Below, piece by piece: positions 18,621 to 28,108 of a stretch of 56,820 bases of DNA. The position numbers and the translations under genes are program-made. Location of the stretch: NCBI GenBank assembly GCA_964372415.1, contig CAYJQH010000004.1, positions 27,387 to 84,206 of the forward strand, in the 5' to 3' direction. This DNA comes from an uncultured Gammaproteobacteria bacterium (GTDB lineage Bacteria; Patescibacteriota; Patescibacteriia; UBA9934). Within the stretch, counting starts at the first letter, position 1. Each line of letters opens with the position of its first letter. The notes under the pieces were generated by a model, which was given only the letters and a program-made list of their open reading frames with translations, had not been told where the DNA came from and did no database searches.

Positions 18621-20969
18621 TTAAAAATCTAAAACCTTCACCCTCGGCTCTTCATCGATTATTTTTATTCGTATAGTGCCGTCCAGATCTGTTCTGTAAA
18701 TCTGGACTTTACTCATTTGCAGTCTGTCTATAACAAACGGGTCGGGGTGTCCGTAATTATTGTTTTCACCAACCGAAATAATGGCTATCTTTGGCTTCAC
18801 TGTGTCAAGAAACTCCGGTCCAGTGGAAGTTTCGCTTCCATGATGACCGACTTTGAGCACTCCAACCTCCCCTAGCCCCTCTTTCTGCAAGGAAGGAGCG
18901 TACTTTAATATCGGCTGCTCTTCCTGAACACCAGCATCGCCCATGAGCAACATTTTCCCCTCATTGGCTTCTAGAAGAAAAATCAGCGAGCCGTCGTTTG
19001 GATCTTCAAGCATCGCGCCGTCAAATGACTCCTTGGGCCACAGCGTCGTCAAAGTGACTCCCCCGCCAAGCTCAAGTACTTCCCCAGCTTTGATAACGCG
19101 ACGCTTGGATTCTGCCAGGCGAGAATATTCAGCAAATTCCGATGTGTCGTAGCCCTGATCAGCATCAATAACTTCAGATACCTGATAGCGCTCGAGAAGT
19201 GGCACAAGACCCGCCACATGGTCGGCATGCGGATGGGTATTAACCACAATGTCCACATTTCGATCCCACCACGGAAGAACTGCTGAAAGCTTTTCGAGCA
19301 CCGTAAAATCGGGTCCGCCGTCAATGAGTACATCTTTCTCTGGTCCGTCGATAAAAATGGCGTCGCCCTGACCAACATCGAATACCCAAACTGTAGTTCC
19401 AAGGTTCCCTCCTGTGATCCAGGCATAGCGCATTAAAAGACCAAAGGTCACAGCGGCGAAAAGCGTGGGCACCAACCAGCGTTTAGGAGCTGGCGAAATG
19501 GCCAACCCCCGCCTAGCCACCCTCACATTGTGGACGGGGAACAAGAGCAATATAGAAACGACAATAAGAGCCACACCTGCGACGAGTGTGGGGATATTAC
19601 TGAGCGAACGGATGATTTCGAGGATTGCCGACAAAAAAACCCAGGCTGGAAAGGCCAGCATGGCGCCGAGTCCTTGGTTAAGGGCACCGACGACTGTCGC
19701 TAAAGCTCCAAAGCCCATAGCGTATGGCACAAACGGCAAAACCAGGAGGTTGGCAATCGGGCCTATAGCAGCAAAGCGGCCAAAGTTAAGAAGCACAATC
19801 GGTAACGTCGCAATGGTCGCGGCAAGGGTGGTCGATAAAGCTTCGCGCAGGCCGAAAGCTTGCGGTATCCACCACAATCGTTCGCTCATTGGCCGTGACC
19901 ACCACAAAAGTCCAGCCGTCGAGAGCACCGACAACTGAAAACCGATGTCGTCGCGCAACAATCGAGGCTCAACGAGAAGCATAACAGCCACCGTGGTCAA
20001 CAAAATGTTTCGTGGCGATGTTTTGCGGCCGGTTTGCTTGGCCGTAAGGACAAGCGCCGCCATAATGCCGGCTCGAGTTACCGCTGCTTGAGCCCCAGCT
20101 ATGATGACAAAGGCAATAATGCCTAAAAGTAAAAGTGGAAAAGCCTCTTGGCGTCTAAAACCTAAGTGAAGCGCGAGCACAAAGAGCACACTTACGACAA
20201 TCGCCACGTTGGTCCCTGAAGCAGCGACGATATGCGAGGTTCCGGTTGAAATAAATCTTTCCTGCCATTCGTCGGAAAACGTATTGTCGCCAAGGAGAAG
20301 ACCAACAAGGAGCGTCGCCTGAGGCTCACCAAACGTACGCTCGATCACGGTCACTAGGCTGTTATGAAGATGGGCTAATTTGATTCTAAAACCCGTCGTG
20401 GCATACGGGTCGAGGATTATCGGTGCGTCATAAATTAGACACTGGCTATAAATGTCTTTAAGCGCTAAATATTTATCGTAAGCAAAGCCGTCGAATGGCT
20501 CGGGGGCTTCAAAAGCACAAGTAAGGGCAATGCGAGATCCAACAGGTATCTCAGGATAGCGTGGAACCGTCGCTAAGAGTTGGTCGTCGAAACTTTCGCC
20601 GTTTGCGGTGATCTCGTTTAGCGTGAGCCGTTGTCGATCGTCCAACTCACGTTTAACAACTATGGCCTCAACAGGGTGATGACCGCCGTTTAAAAGAGCG
20701 ATCGATTGCTCGCCCGGACCAACTGCGTTGTAACGAAGGCAACCGAGACCAAGACCGAGGGTCAGAAGCATGACATATACCGCTCGCCTTTCAAGAACCC
20801 CACCCGAGCCCTCTCCTATAGCGCGGAGAGGGAGCTGTTTAAGGAGAAACAGCGCGCAGGCAATAACCACGGTGACGATTGCCCAATGAAATTGCGAGGA
20901 TGCTAAAGCGATACCGGCAATGATGCCGGTCATGGCACTCGCCACGGCAAGTCCAGGAAGAAACCGCAC
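18621..20969 (-). CDS. comEC: ComEC/Rec2 DNA uptake channel with C-terminal metallo-beta-lactamase domain
   Basis: GTSHIVAASGTN, SVLSTAGL, DVGQGDA, THPHADHVAG, LKVGHHGS, YGHP. Confidence 0.95.
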   Translation of the reverse strand: MRFLPGLAVASAMTGIIAGIALASSQFHWAIVTVVIACALFLLKQLPLRAIGEGSGGVLERRAVYVMLLTLGLGLGCLRYNAVGPGEQSIALLNGGHHPVEAIVVKRELDDRQRLTLNEITANGESFDDQLLATVPRYPEIPVGSRIALTCAFEAPEPFDGFAYDKYLALKDIYSQCLIYDAPIILDPYATTGFRIKLAHLHNSLVTVIERTFGEPQATLLVGLLLGDNTFSDEWQERFISTGTSHIVAASGTNVAIVVSVLFVLALHLGFRRQEAFPLLLLGIIAFVIIAGAQAAVTRAGIMAALVLTAKQTGRKTSPRNILLTTVAVMLLVEPRLLRDDIGFQLSVLSTAGLLWWSRPMSERLWWIPQAFGLREALSTTLAATIATLPIVLLNFGRFAAIGPIANLLVLPFVPYAMGFGALATVVGALNQGLGAMLAFPAWVFLSAILEIIRSLSNIPTLVAGVALIVVSILLLFPVHNVRVARRGLAISPAPKRWLVPTLFAAVTFGLLMRYAWITGGNLGTTVWVFDVGQGDAIFIDGPEKDVLIDGGPDFTVLEKLSAVLPWWDRNVDIVVNTHPHADHVAGLVPLLERYQVSEVIDADQGYDTSEFAEYSRLAESKRRVIKAGEVLELGGGVTLTTLWPKESFDGAMLEDPNDGSLIFLLEANEGKMLLMGDAGVQEEQPILKYAPSLQKEGLGEVGVLKVGHHGSETSTGPEFLDTVKPKIAIISVGENNNYGHPDPFVIDRLQMSKVQIYRTDLDGTIRIKIIDEEPRVKVLDF
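18865..18898 (+). repeat. C-tail/hairpin element copy, in-frame in comEC (PSLQKEGLGEV)
   Basis: ACCTCCCCTAGCCCCTCTTT-CTGC-AAGGAAGGAG. Confidence 0.7.
19505..19542 (+). repeat. Degenerate C-tail/hairpin element copy, in-frame in the comEC linker
   Basis: ACCCCCGCCTAGCCACCCTCACATTGTGGACGGGGAAC, 28/38 identical (counted by hand) to the copy at 30214. Confidence 0.55.
20797..20834 (+). repeat. C-tail/hairpin element copy, in-frame in comEC (LPLRAIGEGSGGV)
   Basis: ACCCCACCCGAG-CCCTCTCC-tatagcgc-GGAGAGGG-AG. Confidence 0.7.
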
Positions 20970-20970
20970 A

Positions 20971-23844
20971 TTAAACCACGAAATTTACCAGTTTACCTTT
21001 TACTACAATCTCTTTTTTGGCTGGAGTGGTCAGATATTTTGCTACGTTGGTATCTTTCTTGGCTACTGCGACAAGTTCTGTGTCAGAAATATCGGCCGAA
21101 ACAACCACCTTAGCCCGAACTTTTCCATTCACCTGAATCACTATGGTCTGTTCATTATCAACAAGGAACTTTTTGTCAGCCGTGGGCCAGCTCTGTTCTT
21201 CGAGGAAACCCTCACCACCAAGTTTTTGCCACAGCTCATTACCGATATGTGGCGCAAAGGCGACGAGGACAGCCAAAAACTGTCCGAGGCTCTTCTTGGT
21301 AATGGTCGAGTCGCCAACGGCATTCACAAACTTCATGAGTTCAGACACCGCGGTGTTGAAACGGAAAGCGTCGATGTCTTCCGAAACTTTAGCAATAGTT
21401 TTATGAAGCGCCTTGGTAACCTCATGAGTCTCATTCTTCCCCACTCGCTCAGCCAGGCGGGTGACCTTCTCAAGGAAGCGACGAACACCAATTAGGCCGT
21501 TTGTTGACCACGGCACCGGCTCTTCGAAAGGTCCCATGAATAACAAATAGGTTCGCAAGGCATCGGCCCCGAATTCTTTGACGATATCGTCCGGGTTCAC
21601 TACGTTTCCCTTAGACTTACTCATCTTTGTCCCATCCTCAGCTAAAATTAGGCCGTGACTATGGCGGCGGGCATAGGGTTCGCTCGTTGGCACAAAACCT
21701 TGGTCGAACAAAAATTTGTTCCAGAAACGTGAGTACAAGAGGTGGAGCGTAGTGTGTTCCATGCCGCCGTTGTATAGGTCGACTGGCATCCAGTATTTGA
21801 GTTTCTTTTTGTCGGCGAATGCTTTAGCGTTACTCGAGTCGACGTAACGGAGGAAATACCAGCTTGAACCAGCCCAGTTGGGCATGGTGTCAGTCTCACG
21901 TGTCGCTTGACCATCACACTTAGGACAGGTGGTGTTCACCCACTCCTTAACATTGGCGAGCGGTGATTCACCGGTCTCGGTTGGTTCATACTTTTCGATC
22001 TTAGGAAGCTCAATTGGAAGATCTTTTTCGGGAACAGCAACCCAACCATCTTTAGCACAATGGACGAGCGGTATTGGCTCACCCCAATAACGCTGGCGAG
22101 AAAAAACCCAGTCACGTAGTTTATAGGTGACTTTCTTTTGTCCGATTTTTTTTGTCTCAAGCCAGGCAATAACCTTCTTTTTTGCTTCTGCCGTCGTTAG
22201 TCCGTCGAGGAAATCTGAATTTGTCGCCAAACCCTCACCGCTATAGCACTTCCCTTTCACGAGTTTATCGAACACATATTCGTGCAGTAACTCAATAACT
22301 TTACCGTCCGCATCCTTCTCGCTCAGCCATTCCACGTTAAACTTATTCTTTTCATTCTCTTCAAGTTTTTGATCAACTCGTTCGTCATTTACGAGTTCAA
22401 AGTACAAACCTATAGCATCAATGATCCGAGCCTTGTTCTTGGAGTAGGCAAAGTAATGATGGTGAATGGTTTCTGTTTTAGAAATAAACTTAAGATTGTT
22501 GTATCCCGTTTCTTCGGCAATTTCACGTTTGGCACATTCAATCGGATCTTCCCCTGCTTCAAGCCCGCCGCCCACGAATAAATTTCCACCGAGCTCTTTG
22601 CCCCAGTTAAGAGACAAGAACTTTTTGGTCTTCGGGTTGCGGACAACGGCCACAATGCTCTGACGATGTTCTTCGTTCGGTCGCGGCTCACCGGTGATTG
22701 GTTCGATGACCGTTTTTACCGGCAGATCAAAAGCTTGAGCAAAGGCATAATCGCGCTCGTCATGGGCTGGTACAGCCATGATGGCTCCGGTGCCATAGCC
22801 CGGAAGCACGTAGTCAGCTACCCAAATAGGGATTTCTTCACCGGTCGCTGGATTGATCGCCTTCACACCCTTAAGTTCGACGCCGGTTTTCTGCTTGTCC
22901 TCATTAGTTCGCTCAATATCAGTTTTCTTTTTTACACCGTCAACGTATTTTTTCACCTCTTTCTTATTCTCGAGCACATCGTGGTCCGAGTCGGTCGCCA
23001 ACGTAACCCAAAGATGCTCGGGGGCGAGAACGAGGTAAGTCGCACCAAAAATTGTGTCAGGTCGAGTAGTAAACACGGTCAGTTTTGCCTTCTCACCATT
23101 TGGTCCACGGTTCTTGTTTGCCTCCGGCTTAAAGCTAAAGTTAAGCCCAAAATCAATCTCGGCACCCTCACTCTTGCCAATCCAATCTTCTTGTTGCTTT
23201 TTGATTTTCGGAGGATAATCGACCGTTTTAAGGTCCTCGAGCAAACGATCGGCGTACTTGGTAATAGCAATCATCCATTGCTCTTTTTCTCTTTTTTCGA
23301 TTGGGGTACCGCAGCGCTCGCAGCAACCGCCAACCACCTCTTCGTTGGCGAGTCCCACTTTGTCCTTAGGACACCAGTTAACCATTGCCTTAGCTTTGTA
23401 GGCTAAACCAGCCTTAAAAAACAGAAGAAACATCCATTGCGTCCATTTGTAATATTCAGGATCTGTAGTTGAAAATTCGCGCGACCAATCAAAACTAAAA
23501 CCGAGAGACTTTAACTGTCGGCGGAAAGTGTCGATGTTTTGCTTAGTCGAAACCGAGGGATGGATGCCAGTTTTGATGGCGAAATTCTCGGCGGGTAAAC
23601 CGAAGGCGTCCCAGCCCATCGGGAATAACACGTTCTCACCCTGCATGCGATGCTTGCGAGCAATTACGTCAAGCGCGGTATAACTGCGTGGGTGTCCTAC
23701 ATGAAGACCGGTACCTGACGGGTATGGAAATTCAACGAGCAGGTAGGTTTTCTTTTGCTTGCTATTGTCTTTAGCCGCAAATATCTGGGACGCTTCCCAA
23801 TTGCCTTGCCATTTCTTTTCAAGCGACGCGTGGTCGTAGGACAT
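20971..23844 (-). CDS. leuS: Leucine--tRNA ligase with inserted Nudix domain
   Basis: FPYPSG.GLHVGH (HIGH), MGWDAFGLPAEN, FTTRPDT, KMSKS. Confidence 0.98.
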   Translation of the reverse strand: MSYDHASLEKKWQGNWEASQIFAAKDNSKQKKTYLLVEFPYPSGTGLHVGHPRSYTALDVIARKHRMQGENVLFPMGWDAFGLPAENFAIKTGIHPSVSTKQNIDTFRRQLKSLGFSFDWSREFSTTDPEYYKWTQWMFLLFFKAGLAYKAKAMVNWCPKDKVGLANEEVVGGCCERCGTPIEKREKEQWMIAITKYADRLLEDLKTVDYPPKIKKQQEDWIGKSEGAEIDFGLNFSFKPEANKNRGPNGEKAKLTVFTTRPDTIFGATYLVLAPEHLWVTLATDSDHDVLENKKEVKKYVDGVKKKTDIERTNEDKQKTGVELKGVKAINPATGEEIPIWVADYVLPGYGTGAIMAVPAHDERDYAFAQAFDLPVKTVIEPITGEPRPNEEHRQSIVAVVRNPKTKKFLSLNWGKELGGNLFVGGGLEAGEDPIECAKREIAEETGYNNLKFISKTETIHHHYFAYSKNKARIIDAIGLYFELVNDERVDQKLEENEKNKFNVEWLSEKDADGKVIELLHEYVFDKLVKGKCYSGEGLATNSDFLDGLTTAEAKKKVIAWLETKKIGQKKVTYKLRDWVFSRQRYWGEPIPLVHCAKDGWVAVPEKDLPIELPKIEKYEPTETGESPLANVKEWVNTTCPKCDGQATRETDTMPNWAGSSWYFLRYVDSSNAKAFADKKKLKYWMPVDLYNGGMEHTTLHLLYSRFWNKFLFDQGFVPTSEPYARRHSHGLILAEDGTKMSKSKGNVVNPDDIVKEFGADALRTYLLFMGPFEEPVPWSTNGLIGVRRFLEKVTRLAERVGKNETHEVTKALHKTIAKVSEDIDAFRFNTAVSELMKFVNAVGDSTITKKSLGQFLAVLVAFAPHIGNELWQKLGGEGFLEEQSWPTADKKFLVDNEQTIVIQVNGKVRAKVVVSADISDTELVAVAKKDTNVAKYLTTPAKKEIVVKGKLVNFVV

Positions 23845-23897
23845 ATTGTCCTACAGAGTAAAGAGGAAAAAGGAAAGAGTAAAGACTTTACCCTAGA

Positions 23898-25106
23898 TCA
23901 CCGTTTACTGGCTTCTTCAAGCCGCTCCAGAGCCAAAACAAAAGCAGCCCGTCGAAGGTCGACCTGGTATTTGGTCTTACGCTCCCACACTGCACCCGCA
24001 GCTTTTTCCATGTATTCCTTAAGCCTGGCGTCCACTTTTTCAGCCGACCACTTCTCTCCTCTCATGTTCTGCTCCCATTCAAAGCAACTAACCGTAACGC
24101 CACCCGCGTTAGCGAGAATGTCGGGAATCACCTCGATCTTCTTAGCAAAAAGAACATCATCAGCCTCAACCGTCGTTGGACCGTTAGCGAGCTCGAGAAC
24201 AACCTTTGCCTTAATGTCTTCGGCGTTATCTTTGGTAATTTGATTTTCGAGGGCAGCCGGCACCAAAACATCGCACACCAGCCCCAATAATTCTTCGTTG
24301 GAAATATTTTTCGTCCCCTCAAAATTCCGCACTGAGCCGGTGGCTTTTTTGTGGGCGTGCACTTTGTTAATGTCGAGACCATGTTCGTTAAAAATACCTC
24401 CCGACGAATCAGAAACGGCTATTACCTTGACCCCGTGCTTCAAGCAAATATCGGCAAAGGTGGCTCCTGCATTACCAAAACCCTGTACAACAACGGTCAT
24501 CTTGTTTACGTCGAGGTTCAGATTTTTGGCGAGGTGTAGGAGAACATACCAACCACCCATCGCCGTCGCCGTATCGCGACCAAGACTCCCTCCATGCTCA
24601 ATGCTCTTGCCGGTGACGACCGCCGGGTGACCAAATTCGTCGGCAATGGCGTCCATATCTGATGGTCCGGTATTCACATCAGGCGCCGGCACGTCGATCT
24701 CTGGTCCAATAACATCTCGAAAGGCCCTGGCCCAAGCGCGATCAAGTTGCTCACGTTCTGGGGCTGACAATTTTTTGGAATCAACCGCTATTCCACCTTT
24801 ACCACCACCCATGGGAATGCCGACAACCGCCGTTTTAAAAGTCATGAGCGCAGCCAGCGTTCGGACTTCATCAATGTCTACTTGAGGATGAAAGCGAATG
24901 CCGCCCTTAAATGGACCTCGCCAATTGTTGTGTTGAATACGGTAGGCGTCAAAAACTCGCTTTTCACCTTGGTCACTTGTGATTTCAAGTTTATGCTCAA
25001 TTTGCCGCATCGGTGTTTGCAATTTACCGTAGAGCTCAAGCTCAAAGGGTTTGACTGACATCGCCCGTTCTAGTTGGTGCAAAAAATTCTCGTATGCTTT
25101 TACCAT
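23898..25106 (-). CDS. gdhA: Glu/Leu/Phe/Val dehydrogenase (glutamate dehydrogenase)
   Basis: GPFKGGIRFHP, GGGKGG, DVPAPD, VQGFGNAG, LELANGP, LANAGGV. Confidence 0.93.
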   Translation of the reverse strand: MVKAYENFLHQLERAMSVKPFELELYGKLQTPMRQIEHKLEITSDQGEKRVFDAYRIQHNNWRGPFKGGIRFHPQVDIDEVRTLAALMTFKTAVVGIPMGGGKGGIAVDSKKLSAPEREQLDRAWARAFRDVIGPEIDVPAPDVNTGPSDMDAIADEFGHPAVVTGKSIEHGGSLGRDTATAMGGWYVLLHLAKNLNLDVNKMTVVVQGFGNAGATFADICLKHGVKVIAVSDSSGGIFNEHGLDINKVHAHKKATGSVRNFEGTKNISNEELLGLVCDVLVPAALENQITKDNAEDIKAKVVLELANGPTTVEADDVLFAKKIEVIPDILANAGGVTVSCFEWEQNMRGEKWSAEKVDARLKEYMEKAAGAVWERKTKYQVDLRRAAFVLALERLEEASKR

Positions 25107-25265
25107 ATAGAAATAGGGTAACACCTAAATGACTGCGGGGTACAATTTTATGTGACGAGGCTGCTCATTGACCACTAAATAATTAGACGGGACGAAAGAA
25201 CCCCTCACCCGCACCAAACGGGGGTTCTTTCAGTTTGTTACGTACCGTGTTAGGCTAATCGCCTT

Positions 25266-26291
25266 ATGCGTGGTCAACTGCCGCAAAAACTTGTCGAACG
25301 CCTCACCCAACAGTTTGGTCCAACCACCTTCCGCGAGATAGAACGCGCTTTTTCGGTTCGTCGATTACCAATATTTCGCGTCAATACCCTCAAGGCAACT
25401 GACGAGCAGATCATGGAGCTCATGCGAGAGCAAAATATAGCTTTCGAACGGGTGAAAAACGTGCCCCACGCCTTCAAAGTAAAAAACAAAAGCAACCACG
25501 AGCTCCTCGAGCTCCCAATTACTCAGCAAGGGCTTATCTATCTCCAAGGCATTACTTCGATGCTCCCTCCTCTATTCATCGAACCACAACCTCGCGAGGC
25601 AATTCTCGACCTGTGTGCCGCTCCGGGGAGTAAGACGACACAACTCGCGGCTTTATGTCTAACCTCCCCCTACCCCCTCCTTAACCAAGGAGGTGACGCT
25701 ATGCGACAACGTAGCACAAGGCGTTTCCCCCTTGCCTGCCCTGAGAGAAATCGAAGGGTTGAAGGGGGAGATCAAGAGGGGGTCAGTTCATGTCACATCC
25801 TGGCTGTAGAAGAAAACGCTATTCGATACCAAAAACTCGTAAACAGCCTCGAGACGCAAGGCGCCTCAAATGTCGAAACTCGCCACGGTGACTCAACACA
25901 ACTTCATAAGGAGTTTCCCGAGAGCTTCGACAAAGTCTTAGCCGATGTCCCCTGCTCGGCTGAGGGTCGCATTGACCTCAACGATCCGCGATCGTACAAG
26001 TATTGGTCGGAAAAAAACATCGTGGCCCACGCCAAGCTCCAACGCCGCTTGCTCCGATCGGCCGTAGCTTGTCTCAAACCTGGCGGCACGCTTGTCTACT
26101 CGACCTGCACCCTTGCTCCCGAAGAAAACGAAAAAATGATCGAGTGGCTAGTGGCCGAGTTTCCCCAAATGAAGCCGGTCGAAATCTCTGTTCCCCTCAA
26201 AGGCTCCCGAAAAACTGCATTCAAGACGTTCACCGTCCTCCCAACCGATGAGGCAGAAGGTTTTTTTGTGGCGAAACTTAAAAAAGTTTGA
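25266..26291 (+). CDS. RsmB/NOP2 family RNA m5C methyltransferase with ~40-aa repeat-derived insertion
   Basis: LDLCAAPGSKT, DVPCSAEG, VYSTCT, EENE, EGFFVA. Confidence 0.92.
   Translation: MRGQLPQKLVERLTQQFGPTTFREIERAFSVRRLPIFRVNTLKATDEQIMELMREQNIAFERVKNVPHAFKVKNKSNHELLELPITQQGLIYLQGITSMLPPLFIEPQPREAILDLCAAPGSKTTQLAALCLTSPYPLLNQGGDAMRQRSTRRFPLACPERNRRVEGGDQEGVSSCHILAVEENAIRYQKLVNSLETQGASNVETRHGDSTQLHKEFPESFDKVLADVPCSAEGRIDLNDPRSYKYWSEKNIVAHAKLQRRLLRSAVACLKPGGTLVYSTCTLAPEENEKMIEWLVAEFPQMKPVEISVPLKGSRKTAFKTFTVLPTDEAEGFFVAKLKKV
25662..25783. mobile_element. 122-bp MITE-like composite with two inverted C-tail/hairpin ends, in-frame in the methyltransferase
   Basis: Left ACCTCCCCCTACCCCCTCCTT-aacc-AAGGAGG; right (rc) ACCCCCTCTTGATCTCCCCCTT...AAGGGGG; nested CCCTGAG-N7-GAAGGG core at 25739-25758. 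Confidence 0.6.
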
Positions 26292-26349
26292 CTTTTAAGC
26301 TAAATTCTATTCAAATTGAATAAGGAACGTGCATTAGAACGGGGGGGTC

Positions 26350-26745
26350 ATGGAACTGGCGGAGATTACTCGACTAATTCTGACCACACTTGAGGTCAGA
26401 AAGAGCGTTCTTATCACCTACAAGTGCCAGGATAACAAAGCTGATCTAAAAATCAGCGAAGCTAAGCAGGTCTACTACGGGTTCTTCGAACACGGGACCG
26501 TGTTATTCGAGAGTCGGGCCTTGGAGGTCACAGGTAAAAAAGACTTGGAGTTGCAACGGGCGACACTCATTATCACCCCAGTAGGTGAAGTAAATCTCGA
26601 ACTAAGTGGACGTAAGTGGATCGGCGAACAACGCAAAAGGGTCGAGATCTTCGGAGAAGAAACCGTGGAACACCTTCATAAACGCCTTGGCAAACTAGTC
26701 ACCCTACAAGACATGGCTATTAAGATATTCGACTACGCGAGTTAA
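26350..26745 (+). CDS. Hypothetical protein
   Basis: 131-aa ORF, G-rich RBS-like run before ATG. Confidence 0.7.
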   Translation: MELAEITRLILTTLEVRKSVLITYKCQDNKADLKISEAKQVYYGFFEHGTVLFESRALEVTGKKDLELQRATLIITPVGEVNLELSGRKWIGEQRKRVEIFGEETVEHLHKRLGKLVTLQDMAIKIFDYAS

Positions 26746-26823
26746 CCCCCAATGATCCTTTTCTTCTAAAGAATCTCACGAGGCACGGCGCATCCCTCAG
26801 TTGCGCCGATTTTATTAAAACAA

Positions 26824-27747
26824 TCATTCCTGACTCGCTAACCATCGCTCAGCATCGAGCGCGGCCATGCAACCAGTCCCGGCAGCGGTCACGGCTTGCC
26901 TATAGTAGTGGTCTCCCACATCGCCGGCGGCAAAGACACCCTCAACGTTTGTTTTAGTGGAACGAGGCTCGGTCACGAGGTATCCCTTTTCGTCGAGCGT
27001 GAGTTGACCCTTGAACAAGGCGGTGTTCGGGGCGTGACCGATGGCCACAAAAAAGCCGTCAGTCTTTATTTCGTAAACATGCCCGGTGTCAGTATTTTTT
27101 ACTCGAATACCGGTCACTTTATCGGTACCGTGAACTTCTTCGACAACGACGTTTGTCAAAAATTCTATTTTCGGATTTTTTCTAGCTCGCTCTAACATGA
27201 TTTTTGAAGCGCGGAAAGTCTCGCTGCGATGAATGACAGTCACTTTGGTGGCAAATCGCGTCAGGAACATCGCCTCTTCCATGGCTGAGTCTCCCCCGCC
27301 GACGACGACCACCTCTTTGCCACGGAAAAAGAAACCGTCGCAAGTAGCGCATGCCGAAACACCTTTACCTTGGAACTCTTTTTCGCCGGGAATGCCTAGC
27401 CATTTGGCTGAAGCACCGGTTGCAATGATGATAGTCTTGGCTTCATATGTGACGCCAGCCGAAGTTGTAACCTTAAATGGTCGATTAGAAAAATCGACAT
27501 TAGTGATCATTTCGCTCTTTATCTCAGTACCAAAACGCAAAGCCTGCTTGCGCAGCTTCTCCATGAGGTCTGGCCCGAGCACACCATCAGCTTCACCGGG
27601 CCAGTTTTCAACATCCGACGTTAGCATCAGCTGCCCGCCAGGCTCAAGACCTGCAAACATGAGAGGTGCCATCTGCGCACGTGCAGCATAAATGGCAGCC
27701 GTGTACCCAGCTGGACCGGAGCCAATGATAATAACGTCATTGATCAT
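26824..27747 (-). CDS. trxB: Thioredoxin reductase
   Basis: IIGSGPAGYTAA, CATCDG, GGGDSAMEE, VFAAGDV. Confidence 0.97.
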   Translation of the reverse strand: MINDVIIIGSGPAGYTAAIYAARAQMAPLMFAGLEPGGQLMLTSDVENWPGEADGVLGPDLMEKLRKQALRFGTEIKSEMITNVDFSNRPFKVTTSAGVTYEAKTIIIATGASAKWLGIPGEKEFQGKGVSACATCDGFFFRGKEVVVVGGGDSAMEEAMFLTRFATKVTVIHRSETFRASKIMLERARKNPKIEFLTNVVVEEVHGTDKVTGIRVKNTDTGHVYEIKTDGFFVAIGHAPNTALFKGQLTLDEKGYLVTEPRSTKTNVEGVFAAGDVGDHYYRQAVTAAGTGCMAALDAERWLASQE

Positions 27748-27792
27748 AAACTTTAGTGTCGATCTACCCGACGGTACGTCGGGATCTACTAT

Positions 27793-28104
27793 CTACGAAA
27801 TGAGTGCCTGTAACCTCTCCTTAAGTGACTCCTTGGTCATGGATCCCGAAAATCGACCGACCTCGCTGCCGCCCTTCATTATAATGTAGGTGGGAATAGA
27901 TAGAATGTTAAAACGCATCGTGAGCTCACCGTTTTCGTCAACGTTCACCTTGGCGACCTCAAGATCAGGCATGTCATGGCTAAGCTCGTCGATGATCGGT
28001 CCCATAACTTTGCACGGTCCGCACCATGGCGCCCAAAAATCAATAAATACTGGTTTATTTGACTTAGTAACGAACGCATCGAAAGTTCCTGTGGTTAAAT
28101 CCAT
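27793..28104 (-). CDS. trxA: Thioredoxin
   Basis: DFWAPWCGPCK active site. Confidence 0.96.
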   Translation of the reverse strand: MDLTTGTFDAFVTKSNKPVFIDFWAPWCGPCKVMGPIIDELSHDMPDLEVAKVNVDENGELTMRFNILSIPTYIIMKGGSEVGRFSGSMTKESLKERLQALIS

Positions 28105-28108
28105 AGTC

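Noticed and set aside
25195-25232. CCCCTCACCCGCACCA resembling a tRNA 3' end (possible att site)
   Set aside because: No cloverleaf upstream and no integrase nearby; the segment is the loop of a terminator-like hairpin AAAGAACCCC/GGGGTTCTTT.
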